Assembly (NCBI GenBank): GCA_964419615.1
Contig: CAYQPU010000001.1
Location: 1-64,000, forward strand
Direction: 5' to 3'
DNA length: 64,000 bases
Source: an uncultured Methanosarcinales archaeon
Lineage (GTDB): Archaea > Nanobdellota > Nanobdellia > Woesearchaeales > JAGVZT01
Part shown: positions 19,345 through 28,531 of the stretch, in pieces
Numbering within the stretch: position 1 is the first letter of the stretch
Layout of the letters: each line of letters opens with the position of its first letter
Notes under the pieces: model-generated
The model's input: the letters and a program-made list of their open reading frames with translations, nothing else
Databases searched by the model: none
What the model was told of the DNA's origin: nothing
Position numbers and translations under genes: made by a program

Positions 19345-19961
19345 TTTTTTGAAATTTTATAGTATATTAATGTAAAGGGAATTACTCCATAGGTAACTAT
19401 TACACTTTTTAGATCATTTGCAAAGTTTACCAGATCATCATCTGCTGATAAGGTTATCATTAATGCCATAAAATAAAGAAAAGCTCTGAGCCAATGGTGG
19501 CCACTTCCAACTGGATTTCCTGCTGCATCTAGCGTCGGTTGAACTCTTACAGCTGCAAGCCAAACTAAAATTCCAACAACCCCAAATACGAGTAATAGAT
19601 ATATTTGAATGATCCAATTGCCAATGACTTTGTACATGAACATTCTTTGAAAGTTAAGTGCAATAACACACATGGTTGCAAGGATTACAGCAATAATTCC
19701 TCTTTGTCTTGCATTAGCTTGCTGAAATCCCCAATTAAGTCCAACCATGAATATTGCAAGTAAAAATACCCATGTTAAAAACAAGAAAAATCCAAATGCA
19801 CCATAAGGAGTTCTAAACATAGGTAGTGTCATAACGTCTCCTAAAAATTCAAAAACATCTTCTAAAAGATCAAGTACATCTTGGAATTGATTCTGTGCAT
19901 AAACTACTGAGGAACATAAAACTAGTATAAATAGAGCTATCAATACCAATCTCTTTTTCAT
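19335..19961 (-). CDS. multi-pass membrane protein
   Basis: signal peptide (VYA|QNQFQ) plus about 5 TM helices. Confidence 0.8.
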   Translation of the reverse strand: MKKRLVLIALFILVLCSSVVYAQNQFQDVLDLLEDVFEFLGDVMTLPMFRTPYGAFGFFLFLTWVFLLAIFMVGLNWGFQQANARQRGIIAVILATMCVIALNFQRMFMYKVIGNWIIQIYLLLVFGVVGILVWLAAVRVQPTLDAAGNPVGSGHHWLRAFLYFMALMITLSADDDLVNFANDLKSVIVTYGVIPFTLIYYKISKKWQ

Positions 19962-20080
19962 TATGTATGCTTTTTATGTGCTATATATATAAAATTTTCT
20001 TTTTCTAACATAAAAATTGACACCAATAATTACTACTCTAAAGAGAAAAATATAAATATATTATTACTTAATTTATTTTT

Positions 20081-20269
20081 ATGACCGGAATAAAATTCCA
20101 ACCCATTCTGGATGAAATTGGTGGGAATTCTATTAGATTTGATAAGCTATTGCAAGAGATTATTGATTTTGGTGAGTCAAGAGCTTATGATGGGATTTGG
20201 TATTGTGGGCATAATTTGGGTATAATAAGTAAAGAAAATCTGCTGCTCGGAGCTTATCCCTCCGCCTAA
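20081..20269 (+). CDS. small hypothetical ORF whose 3' end is altered by the insertion
   Basis: reads ISKENL into the direct repeat; the second repeat copy is followed by TAA. Confidence 0.35.
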   Translation: MTGIKFQPILDEIGGNSIRFDKLLQEIIDFGESRAYDGIWYCGHNLGIISKENLLLGAYPSA

Positions 20270-20414
20270 ATGTCGGGACTTCTCGTCCCGAGCATCGTCA
20301 GAAATTTACAATTTCTGAGAGGCGGGGGCTTTTACGCTCCTCACTTCAACACGCAGATTTTCAGACTTAAAAGTCCTCGCCCTGAAGGGCGGGGCTTTAG
20401 ACCCACGGACATTT
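20243..20414 (-). mobile_element. IS200/IS605-like non-autonomous palindromic miniature element
   Basis: GC-rich hairpins AAGTCCTCGCCCTGAAGGGCGGGGCTT and CCCTCCGCCT..AGGCGGGGG; no ORF; flanked by a 17-bp direct repeat TAAGTAAAGAAAATCTG (20226..20242, 20415..20431). Confidence 0.65.
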
Positions 20415-20447
20415 TAAGTAAAGAAAATCTGTAACAAAAGATTTATA

Positions 20448-20469
20448 TATAACCGCGATTGAGGTTATA
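20448..20469. promoter_or_regulatory. palindromic operator overlapping the TATA box of the TA operon
   Basis: TATAACC-N8-GGTTATA. Confidence 0.5.
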
Positions 20470-20492
20470 ATAACCACAATTAAGGTAATAAA

Positions 20493-20999
20493 ATGAACTT
20501 ACTAAGATTTTTGAAAAACAATAAAAAAGCAAGAAAGATTTTTGGAAAGAGAGAATTAAGAATAATTGAGAAGCAGTTGTTAGGAGTTAACCTAACACAA
20601 TCAGAAAAGAACAGATTATCTCGAGATATAAGGAAAAAATTTGAATTTATTAAGCAAACTGCAAAATTCCAAGATGAATTCAAATTAAAAAAAGGAAAGA
20701 TTATAGACCAAATAATAAATCAAGCAATAAAATCAATTCTACAAGAAACAAAAGATGTTAAAAAAATACATTTATTTGGATCTGCAGCAGACAAAACCCT
20801 TCATTTGAATTCAGATATTGATTTGGCTGTTGAATTTGACAATATCAGCTTAAAAAAAGCTACTTTGTTTAAGAAAAGAATCCTTGGACAGGTAGATAAA
20901 AAAGTGGATATACTGGTTTTCGAATATCTTCCGGAAAAGATAAAACAAGAGATAAAAACAAAAGGAAAACTGATCTATCTGAATGAGAATAAAAGATAA
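20493..20999 (+). CDS. mntA: minimal nucleotidyltransferase antitoxin with N-terminal extension
   Basis: LFGS...SDIDLAV..VDI motif; overlaps the HEPN gene. Confidence 0.85.
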   Translation: MNLLRFLKNNKKARKIFGKRELRIIEKQLLGVNLTQSEKNRLSRDIRKKFEFIKQTAKFQDEFKLKKGKIIDQIINQAIKSILQETKDVKKIHLFGSAADKTLHLNSDIDLAVEFDNISLKKATLFKKRILGQVDKKVDILVFEYLPEKIKQEIKTKGKLIYLNENKR

Positions 21000-21399
21000 G
21001 ATTGAGCAGATTAAAAGATATTTAGATGAATTAGAACAGATTTCTCCGAATAATTTTGAGGATTATGACATAAAAACTTGTGCTGCATGTGAAAGATACT
21101 TTGAAAAAATTGTTGAGGCAGCAGTTGATTTGAGTTATCTTGTAATTAAGAAAAATCAATTTAAGGTTCCAGAAGAGGCTAATGAAGCCTTTGACATCTT
21201 AGTTAAGGAAAAAATTATTTCAAAAGAATTAGCAACTAGATTAAAAGAAGCTAAAGGAATGAGAAATCTTATCTCTCATCAGTATGGAAACATAGATGAC
21301 AAAATTGTGTTTAAATCAATAACAGAAGAATTACCAACAGACATAAAGAATTATATCAATATAATAAAAACAAAATTTAACAGAGAATATCTATACTGA
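20983..21399 (+). CDS. hepT: HEPN/DUF86 RNase toxin
   Basis: ACERYFEKIVEA and R-X4-H motif RNLISH, followed by Y..ID. Confidence 0.88.
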   Translation: MRIKDKIEQIKRYLDELEQISPNNFEDYDIKTCAACERYFEKIVEAAVDLSYLVIKKNQFKVPEEANEAFDILVKEKIISKELATRLKEAKGMRNLISHQYGNIDDKIVFKSITEELPTDIKNYINIIKTKFNREYLY

Positions 21400-21491
21400 T
21401 AATAGTCATAATTACAATTCAATAAGCTGTATTAAACACAAATGTCCATCAACTCATCTGTTTTTGTTATTCTAATATTCTTCTAGGTTCA

Positions 21492-21526
21492 CCAGAAATC
21501 TTCCGGCCACTCCGTAAATCTTCTGG
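21492..21526. promoter_or_regulatory. two tandem 15-bp semi-palindromes (CCG-N-AAA-N-TTT-N-CGG family)
   Basis: CCAGAAATCTTCCGG at 21492 and CCGTAAATCTTCTGG at 21512, about 20 bp upstream of TTTTAAAC. Confidence 0.5.
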
Positions 21527-21570
21527 TAATTCTACCAAAATATCTTTTAAACCCAAAACTAAAGATATGA

Positions 21571-22146
21571 TTGGTGAGGCGGATGACAGTTGCACTTGAG
21601 AGTGTTATGAATGATATAGCAAATGGTTATGTACCAAAGAACAATTGGTCTGGTTTTCCTTTAATAGAAAGTATAGATAGATTACTTGACACGTGGTTTA
21701 TTGAGGAAAGATCTATTGAGATTGCTCCTGAGTATACAAATCGATTGAAAGCTGACAAAGGTTATCGGAAAGTTGTTAAGCAATATTTTAAGATGTTTCC
21801 AGGATACCAACATGTTGATGATTGCTTAAAGTGTGCAACAAAAACATTGGAAATTGTGGACCAATTTGGTGGAAATGATTATGATGTTGTGCAGTTCTTA
21901 AAGCAAGTTACACGTTTCAATTTTAAGTTTAAAACAACTCCTTTCAGTGTATATCATACAATAAAATCAAAAGTTCTTCCCAAATGTGAATCAAGAAATG
22001 ATTTTCATGGACATATTAATTACTTAAAATATTTACATACAACAGTAGAGAAAAAAGAAGGCTATCCTCTCAGTCCAGGCTATAGTACAATTCACTTGAG
22101 TCCAGAAAATATGTTTGATGGGTTTTCCTATTATAAGTGTGGGTAG
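21571..22146 (+). CDS. hypothetical protein (start probably ATG 21583)
   Basis: SD ggtgagg before 21583. Confidence 0.7.
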   Translation: MVRRMTVALESVMNDIANGYVPKNNWSGFPLIESIDRLLDTWFIEERSIEIAPEYTNRLKADKGYRKVVKQYFKMFPGYQHVDDCLKCATKTLEIVDQFGGNDYDVVQFLKQVTRFNFKFKTTPFSVYHTIKSKVLPKCESRNDFHGHINYLKYLHTTVEKKEGYPLSPGYSTIHLSPENMFDGFSYYKCG

Positions 22147-22254
22147 TAATGTTCACTACAACATAACTATTTATAGAAAATCCTCTCAATAAACAGTAAG
22201 AAATTTGGAACAAACAAAATTGTTCTGTGTTTCTAGGGGATGACTTAGTTCATA

Positions 22255-22719
22255 ATGCTTAGCGATAGCTATAGAGGTGAAAAGATGTGTAAGGAAATGA
22301 AAATATTAGCAAATTTAAGACAGGATGCAAGACAAAGCTTAGTTAGCATCTCAAAAAAAACAGATATTCCAGTTAGCACAGTTTATGAAAAAATAAAACA
22401 ACAAGAATCTTTGACAATAAAAAAATACACTTCTTTGCTTGATTTCCCAAGTTTAGGATTTAATATCAGGGCAAAGATTTTGGTTAAAGGTGATGTTAAG
22501 GATTATTTAATGGAGCATGAGAATGTGAATTCTGTTTTTCAGCTTAATGATGGTTTTGATTTTGCAGCTGATTGCATTTTCAAACATATGTCTGAGTTCA
22601 AGAGTTTTATTGAGGGCTTGGATGGTGTCAAGAAAGAAGTTTTCTTTGTTACTGATGAACTAAAGAGAGAAGAGTTTCTCAGTTTAGATTATCTAAAAAA
22701 CTTGGAGGGAGAAAAATGA
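22255..22719 (+). CDS. Lrp/AsnC family transcriptional regulator
   Basis: ILANLRQDARQSLVSISKKTDIPVSTVYEKIK HTH; LDFPSLGF; RAM-like C terminus. Confidence 0.85.
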   Translation: MLSDSYRGEKMCKEMKILANLRQDARQSLVSISKKTDIPVSTVYEKIKQQESLTIKKYTSLLDFPSLGFNIRAKILVKGDVKDYLMEHENVNSVFQLNDGFDFAADCIFKHMSEFKSFIEGLDGVKKEVFFVTDELKREEFLSLDYLKNLEGEK

Positions 22720-23279
22720 AACAATATTGGAACAAGTTAAGTCCAAAACAAAAATTGATTACAAAATTAACCGTTGCTGCACTTGTAGGTGGAACAGTAG
22801 TTGGTGGTGTTTGTTATACAGCTGGTCAGGTTAATGTAGCTGAATTTTTGGAAGAACCAACAGAGGCTGCATCTATTGCTTTGGAAGCAAAACTAATTGA
22901 ATTTAATCCAGGGTATTATGTTGATGTTGCAACAGGATATATTGCTGAGCATCCTGAAGAAATGCAAGCGTATACTGAGAATCTTGCAACATTTGTTTAT
23001 GCTGTCAACGAAGCTGACTTGTTAACCGAAGACGGACAAATCTATATGTTTGCTGCAAATGCAAATGAGATACCTGTTGAGGTTGGTGTTAAGGTTTGTA
23101 ATGAGAATATTTTACCACGAACTGAAAACAGTCTGGAATTAGAGTATGTTCTAACAGGTGTGAAACAACTTGATGTTGATGATTATGGGACTATCTTGCT
23201 AGAGATGGGAGCTCAAGTCAAGGGTACATTGACAGAGGACATCAAGGATCTGTTTAACTGGGGAGATAATGGGAATTAA
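22716..23279 (+). CDS. membrane-anchored hypothetical protein
   Basis: ATGA overlap; basic N terminus followed by a hydrophobic helix. Confidence 0.7.
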   Translation: MKQYWNKLSPKQKLITKLTVAALVGGTVVGGVCYTAGQVNVAEFLEEPTEAASIALEAKLIEFNPGYYVDVATGYIAEHPEEMQAYTENLATFVYAVNEADLLTEDGQIYMFAANANEIPVEVGVKVCNENILPRTENSLELEYVLTGVKQLDVDDYGTILLEMGAQVKGTLTEDIKDLFNWGDNGN

Positions 23280-23463
23280 GAGTAGATTGTTGACATATGC
23301 AGTGATATTTACTTTGGGTTACAGCATGGGAAGCTGCATTATGAATGCTGAATATGATCAACAACCTATGGCGTCTACATACCAAGGTGTGGATGTTGAA
23401 AGTATTCAATCATTAAGTGAAATGGAATTTAATGAACACAGTATTGAGGCTTTGCTTCCATGA
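23269..23463 (+). CDS. small membrane or secreted hypothetical protein
   Basis: overlapping start; N-terminal hydrophobic helix. Confidence 0.55.
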   Translation: MGIKSRLLTYAVIFTLGYSMGSCIMNAEYDQQPMASTYQGVDVESIQSLSEMEFNEHSIEALLP

Positions 23464-23645
23464 ATACAACAAAAAAAGGAGCAAAGCTTGAGATTTATGT
23501 TGAACAGTTGTTCAAAGATCTTTGTAAAATAAAGGTCAGGAGAAATGTGATTTACAATTGCAAAGGCGTGGTGACTAGGAGAAAAAGGCGAGCGCAGATT
23601 GATGTTGAATATTGGGATGTGAGATACAATTCCTTTTTGTACTAA
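23460..23645 (+). pseudogene. truncated Mrr-like PD-(D/E)XK restriction endonuclease domain
   Basis: KGAKLE.YV..LF, RNV, QIDV motifs; ends before the E-x-K motif. Confidence 0.55.
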
Positions 23646-23801
23646 TCTATCAAGAGCATCATATACTGTTGTTCTATGCATTTTAGAAGTGTCTGCTATT
23701 TTGGAAGCTGTTGCAGATCCCAAATCAAGTAATGTTAAATAGATTTTAGCTTCGTTTTTACTAAGCCCAATTTCTTCCAAGATTTCCAAACGATCTTCCA
23801 T
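23616..23801 (-). pseudogene. truncated TrmB-family regulator (HTH only; ORF reads on to 23406)
   Basis: LEEIGLSKNEAKIYLTLL..GSATAS.IA....HRTTVYDALDRLVQKGIVSHI, then antisense of the endonuclease. Confidence 0.7.
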
Positions 23802-23892
23802 AATATTGGAAGAGTTATGTGGAATATAAATATTTGTTAAAACACCATTTTGTGCCAATATATTTTTATATATCAATAAAATCTATTCAAAT

Positions 23893-24483
23893 ATGAGAAT
23901 CCTTTGCTTTGTTGATGTTCATGGTGATTTTGGAGCCATTAGAAAATTGGCTAAAAAGGCTCGGAAAGCTGATTTGCTGATTTGTGCAGGAGATATTTCT
24001 AGATTTGAGACAGATATTGATCTGATTTTACAGAAATTGGATGAGATTGGCAGGAAAATTCTTATTATACATGGAAATCATGAAGGTTCTGATTATTTGG
24101 CTGAAAAGTGTGAAAAATTTGATAATTTGGTGTTTTTTCACAAAAAAACTGAGTTTATTGAAGATGTGCTGTTTATTGGTCATGGTGGAGGAGGATTTGA
24201 GGAAAAATCTCCAAATATGGAAAAGTTCTTTCAAAAAAACGAAGATATGCTTAGAAAGGCTCAAAAGTCAGTATTTATTACGCACGCGCCTCCTTTTAAG
24301 ACCAAATTAGATGTTATTGGTAGAAATCACAATGGAAATAATACTTTAAGGAATCTTATTATCAAGTATCAGCCAGTTTATGCTATTTCTGGGCATTTTC
24401 ATGAAAACTGGGGTAAAAAAGATACTATTGGAATGTGTAAGGTGCTTAATCCTGGGCCTTACGGTGTTTTAATCAATATCTAG
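23893..24483 (+). CDS. calcineurin-like metallophosphoesterase
   Basis: DVHG, GD, GNHE, THAPP, GHFHE motifs. Confidence 0.9.
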   Translation: MRILCFVDVHGDFGAIRKLAKKARKADLLICAGDISRFETDIDLILQKLDEIGRKILIIHGNHEGSDYLAEKCEKFDNLVFFHKKTEFIEDVLFIGHGGGGFEEKSPNMEKFFQKNEDMLRKAQKSVFITHAPPFKTKLDVIGRNHNGNNTLRNLIIKYQPVYAISGHFHENWGKKDTIGMCKVLNPGPYGVLINI

Positions 24484-24634
24484 TCTCAATCTTGCCCTGA
24501 GACTGTCTCAATATTGTCTCACACAGTTCCACAGGAAATCAAGGGGTGCCTTCTCCACATGAAATAAAGGGGTCTCATCATTTGAAGAAGTCTCATTAAT
24601 GTCTCAATTTCTTCTTAATGTTGTCTCATGAGAC
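24483..24634. other. probable replication origin (oriC): two ORB boxes plus GTCTCA repeats
   Basis: GTTCCACAGGAAATCAAGGGGT (24526) and CTCCACATGAAATAAAGGGGT (24553) resemble the ORB consensus with G-string; nine GTCTCA/TGAGAC copies. Confidence 0.7.
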
Positions 24635-24669
24635 AAAAGTTTAATAAATCCAAGAGATAGATTAAAGTT

Positions 24670-25089
24670 ATGGGGGATGAATTAGAAGATCTAAAGTACA
24701 ATCTAAAAGTATCTTTTTCTAGAATGAAGAATGATATTCAAGATAATAAAGATAAGATCTCAAAGCTTTTAGAAATAAACCAACAACTTGCAGATCAGGT
24801 TTCTGAGTTAAATAAAGGTCTTAATACAAAATCTTCTGGACCAAAATCTGAGCTTGCAAGGCAGTTTAAGAAGAATCAAAAATCTTTGATTCAACAGAGA
24901 ATTTTGAGTTTGATTGAAAGGGCAGAATATTCCTTACCTGATCTAAAGATGATAATTGTTGATCAGAAAAGATATTGTTCTAAAGCCACGTTTTATAGGT
25001 ATGTTAGTGAGCTTGAGAAATCAAAGCTTGTTAGTATGGCTGAAGTTAATGGTGAGAATATTGTTGTTGGCAAGAATGCTAATGAATGA
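24670..25089 (+). CDS. coiled-coil plus C-terminal winged-helix protein
   Basis: heptad N terminus; YSLPDLKMIIVDQKRYCSKATFYRYVSELEKSKLV HTH. Confidence 0.75.
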   Translation: MGDELEDLKYNLKVSFSRMKNDIQDNKDKISKLLEINQQLADQVSELNKGLNTKSSGPKSELARQFKKNQKSLIQQRILSLIERAEYSLPDLKMIIVDQKRYCSKATFYRYVSELEKSKLVSMAEVNGENIVVGKNANE

Positions 25090-25774
25090 TTTTTGATTTG
25101 ATATCATCTGTTCCATGTTCAAATGTAACATCCATGAATTGAATCCATAAGTATTCTGGAATTGAATCAGCCACACTCAAGAATATTTCGGCCTGATTTC
25201 TTGTCAAATAATGCTTTGTAGCTCGAGTTTGTCTTCTAACTTGGCTATCCTTATGCACTAGACTGTAACCATTTAAGTCCAATTTTTCAAGTTCATCAAA
25301 AACTTTTTCATATGATTGTCTCATTCCAGCATACTGCTCGTTATTATGTGCGCGCACAATTGCTCCTGCAATTAATGTAGGTGATTGGTCGGACATTAAT
25401 AATACAGAATTATTAAACCATTGCCTAATAGACCAAGGTGTTTGTACTGGTGGTTCATATTGTTCTTGCTCTCTATGCTCGACAATTGCACTTAAATTAA
25501 TTGAGATGCCAGATTTATCTACAACACCTTCTTCTACATGTGCAATTAGACCATTAGGTGCAAAAACATCAACTCCCAAGACTTCATTAAGTTCATCACA
25601 ATATCTACGCATTGGTCCAGCATCTTTTCTTAAAAAAGAGTTAACTGGGTGCACTTCTGATACATACTTCTCCTTAAAATATTCAGCCGCTGCAACTACT
25701 TTTTCTGCAGTTAGTTCATTTCCTAATAAACAACCTTGAATAAATTCAACATCTTGATCAGTGTATAATTCCAT
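25079..25774 (-). CDS. hypothetical protein
   Basis: 231-aa ORF. Confidence 0.65.
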   Translation of the reverse strand: MELYTDQDVEFIQGCLLGNELTAEKVVAAAEYFKEKYVSEVHPVNSFLRKDAGPMRRYCDELNEVLGVDVFAPNGLIAHVEEGVVDKSGISINLSAIVEHREQEQYEPPVQTPWSIRQWFNNSVLLMSDQSPTLIAGAIVRAHNNEQYAGMRQSYEKVFDELEKLDLNGYSLVHKDSQVRRQTRATKHYLTRNQAEIFLSVADSIPEYLWIQFMDVTFEHGTDDIKSKIIH

Positions 25775-25860
25775 TTTATAGAATAAAAAAGCTCCAAGTT
25801 ATTTATTACTTTTGGAATATTACCAAAATCCTTTTAAAAGAAGCAAATTACTACCCTACT

Positions 25861-27612
25861 ATGACTAGAATTGCTGTTGTGGAAAAAGAGAAATGCAATC
25901 CAATTAAGTGCGGAGATTGGCTGTGTATTAGACTGTGCCCTGTTAACAGAACTGGTGAAGAGTGCATTTCCAAAACAGCTGACAAAAAAGCTCAGATTGA
26001 TGAAAAGCTTTGTACTGGTTGCGGTATTTGTCCAAAAAGATGTCCTTTTGGAGCTATTCATATTCTTAATTTACCAGAACAGTTAACTCAAAAACCAATT
26101 CACAGGTATGGAGATAATTCTTTTGCTTTGTATTCATTGCCTACACCCATGTTTGGTAAAGTTGTTGGAGTTATTGGAAGGAATGGTATTGGTAAGTCAA
26201 CTGCAGTCAAGATTTTGGCTGGTATTCTCAAGCCTAATCTGGGAAAGATTGGACAAGAGGCAAAAACAGATAGACTTATTGATTATTTTAAAGGAACTGA
26301 AGCACAAAAGTTTTTTGAAGGTGTTAGAGATGAAAAGATTGTTGTTAGTTTCAAACCCCAAAAAGTTGATACAATTCCAAATCAGTATAAGGGAAAGGTT
26401 ATTGATTTATTGAAGAATGTTGATGAAAAAGGAGAATTAGATATAATTGCAGAAAAGTTAGACTTGACAAAGATTCTTGATAATGATATTAAGAATATTT
26501 CAGGCGGAGAATTACAAAGAGTTGCTATTGCTGCAACCGTTCTTAAGAAAGCAAACCTATATGTTTTTGATGAACCTACTTCATATCTTGATATTAAACA
26601 GAGAATTAAGGTTAGTAAGTTTATTAAAGATCTTGCTGATGAAGAAACAGCAGTTTTGGTTGTTGAGCATGATCTTATTATTCTTGATTACATGACTGAT
26701 TTGATTCATATTATGTATGGTAAAGAGGCTGTTTATGGTATTGTGAGTTTACCAAAGACAACTAAAGCAGGGATTAATATTTATTTATCTGGTTATCTAA
26801 AGGAAGAGAATATGAGGTTTAGGGATTCCAAGATTAAGTTCTTTGAAAAAGCTCCTTCAAAACAAGTTAAACAAAAAACAATTGTTGAATGGAGTGATAT
26901 TCACAAAAAACTGAGTAAGTTTGAACTTACAGTTAATTCTGGTAAACTTGAGAACAAGAAAGTTGTTGGTATTGTTGGAGAAAATGCAATTGGTAAGACA
27001 AGTTTTGTTAAGATTCTTGCTGGTGTACTTGAGGCAGATGATGGAAAGATATTAGGGGATATCAAAGTTAGTTACAAACCACAGTATGTGCAGGCATCTG
27101 AGAAAATGGTTGCTGTTGTACTAAAACATGCTATTAAATACAAGAATCAATTAATTGCACCTTTAGGTATTGAACCTTTAATGCAAAAAAAATTATCTGA
27201 ATTGTCTGGTGGAGAGTTGCAAAGAGTTGCTATTTGTGTTTGCCTTGCACAAGATGCGGATTTATATTTACTGGATGAACCTTCTGCATATCTTGATGTT
27301 GAACAAAGGTTAAAGGTTTCAAAAGTTTTAGAGAACATAATTTCCAAAAGAGAAAAGTCTGCTTTGGTTGTTGACCATGATTTACTGTTTATTGATTATA
27401 TTTCTCAGCAGTTATTAGTGTTTGATGGTATTCCAGCTGAGAAAGGAATGGTTAAGGGTCCTTTTGAAATGGAACAAGGTATGAACAATTTCTTAAAAGA
27501 CCTTGGAATTACTTTTAGAAGAGATCCTGAAAGCAAAAGACCAAGAGCTAATAAACCTGAGTCTGTTATGGATAGAAAACAAAAACAAGAAAAGAAATTG
27601 TATTATGGATAA
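25861..27612 (+). CDS. rli: ribosome recycling ATPase ABCE1/Rli1
   Basis: N-terminal 2x[4Fe-4S] Cys motifs, two ABC domains (GRNGIGKST, GENAIGKT, SGGELQR). Confidence 0.97.
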   Translation: MTRIAVVEKEKCNPIKCGDWLCIRLCPVNRTGEECISKTADKKAQIDEKLCTGCGICPKRCPFGAIHILNLPEQLTQKPIHRYGDNSFALYSLPTPMFGKVVGVIGRNGIGKSTAVKILAGILKPNLGKIGQEAKTDRLIDYFKGTEAQKFFEGVRDEKIVVSFKPQKVDTIPNQYKGKVIDLLKNVDEKGELDIIAEKLDLTKILDNDIKNISGGELQRVAIAATVLKKANLYVFDEPTSYLDIKQRIKVSKFIKDLADEETAVLVVEHDLIILDYMTDLIHIMYGKEAVYGIVSLPKTTKAGINIYLSGYLKEENMRFRDSKIKFFEKAPSKQVKQKTIVEWSDIHKKLSKFELTVNSGKLENKKVVGIVGENAIGKTSFVKILAGVLEADDGKILGDIKVSYKPQYVQASEKMVAVVLKHAIKYKNQLIAPLGIEPLMQKKLSELSGGELQRVAICVCLAQDADLYLLDEPSAYLDVEQRLKVSKVLENIISKREKSALVVDHDLLFIDYISQQLLVFDGIPAEKGMVKGPFEMEQGMNNFLKDLGITFRRDPESKRPRANKPESVMDRKQKQEKKLYYG

Positions 27613-27627
27613 AAGAAAAAGAAAAAA

Positions 27628-28491
27628 TTACCTAATCCTACTTGCCTCTGTTATTGGCAATGTTCCATCCATTTGTAGATAAATTACATCTGCTTCAGGA
27701 TTAATGCTCTGGATTGCCAAGTACTGCAGGTATTCAGGAGTTAAAGTTTGATCAATTATATCTTGTGCTTTTGCAATACCTCCTGCTTCTGCTATTCTAA
27801 TGTCTGCTTCTTTTTTTGCTACTTCCAATTGAAATTCTTTTTGAAGAACTTCTTGTTCTTTTGTTAGTTTTAATTCAATAGCTTTTGTTAATTCAGCAGG
27901 TATAGAAATGTCTCTTAGCAATACATCCTCAATTACTATTCCTCTAGGTTCTAGTTTATTAACTAGATAGGTTTGCATTTCAACAGATACTTGTTTTCTA
28001 CCCATCTCAGAGTATAAATCTTCTACTTTGTACTTGGATGAAGAGTCTCTGATTGCATTTCTAATGTAAGGAACCAGTAATGTCTCCCTATAATTGTTAG
28101 ATGTTGTTTTTCTAAGTTCAGCTACTTTTTCTGAATTTAATTTGTAGAGAACACTAATATCTAACGTTACAATTAATCCTTCATTACTTGGAACTGTTGC
28201 TGTTTCTTTGATTTCCTTTGTTCTTACATCATATTTTGTGATTGTTGAAAAAGGAGGTAGTGCAAGATGTACTCCACTTAAGAGCTCCTTGTCATTTATT
28301 TTTCCAAGTGTTTTTCTAACCCCTACTTCTCCATCACTGATAACTCTGATAGTTGTTAACAGGAAGATAAATGCAAATAGTAAAAATCCTCCAATCAAAA
28401 TTACTTTAACTGGATTTGGTAGTTCTTTTGTTCTAACCATAATTACACCTCTTAATATATTATATTGATTATTAGTTACTGTCATTTGCAT
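27628..28491 (-). CDS. SPFH/prohibitin (band 7) family protein (start probably MVRTK)
   Basis: TM anchor, GEVGV..TLG, GI.IEDVLLRDI, AIE.K coiled coil. Confidence 0.9.
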   Translation of the reverse strand: MQMTVTNNQYNILRGVIMVRTKELPNPVKVILIGGFLLFAFIFLLTTIRVISDGEVGVRKTLGKINDKELLSGVHLALPPFSTITKYDVRTKEIKETATVPSNEGLIVTLDISVLYKLNSEKVAELRKTTSNNYRETLLVPYIRNAIRDSSSKYKVEDLYSEMGRKQVSVEMQTYLVNKLEPRGIVIEDVLLRDISIPAELTKAIELKLTKEQEVLQKEFQLEVAKKEADIRIAEAGGIAKAQDIIDQTLTPEYLQYLAIQSINPEADVIYLQMDGTLPITEASRIR

Positions 28492-28531
28492 TAATACAGT
28501 ATATATACTTTTCTAATCAAAAAACCGTAAA

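Noticed and set aside
24483-24634. CRISPR array
   Set aside because: Repeats are only 6 bp with irregular spacing; no cas genes anywhere in the window
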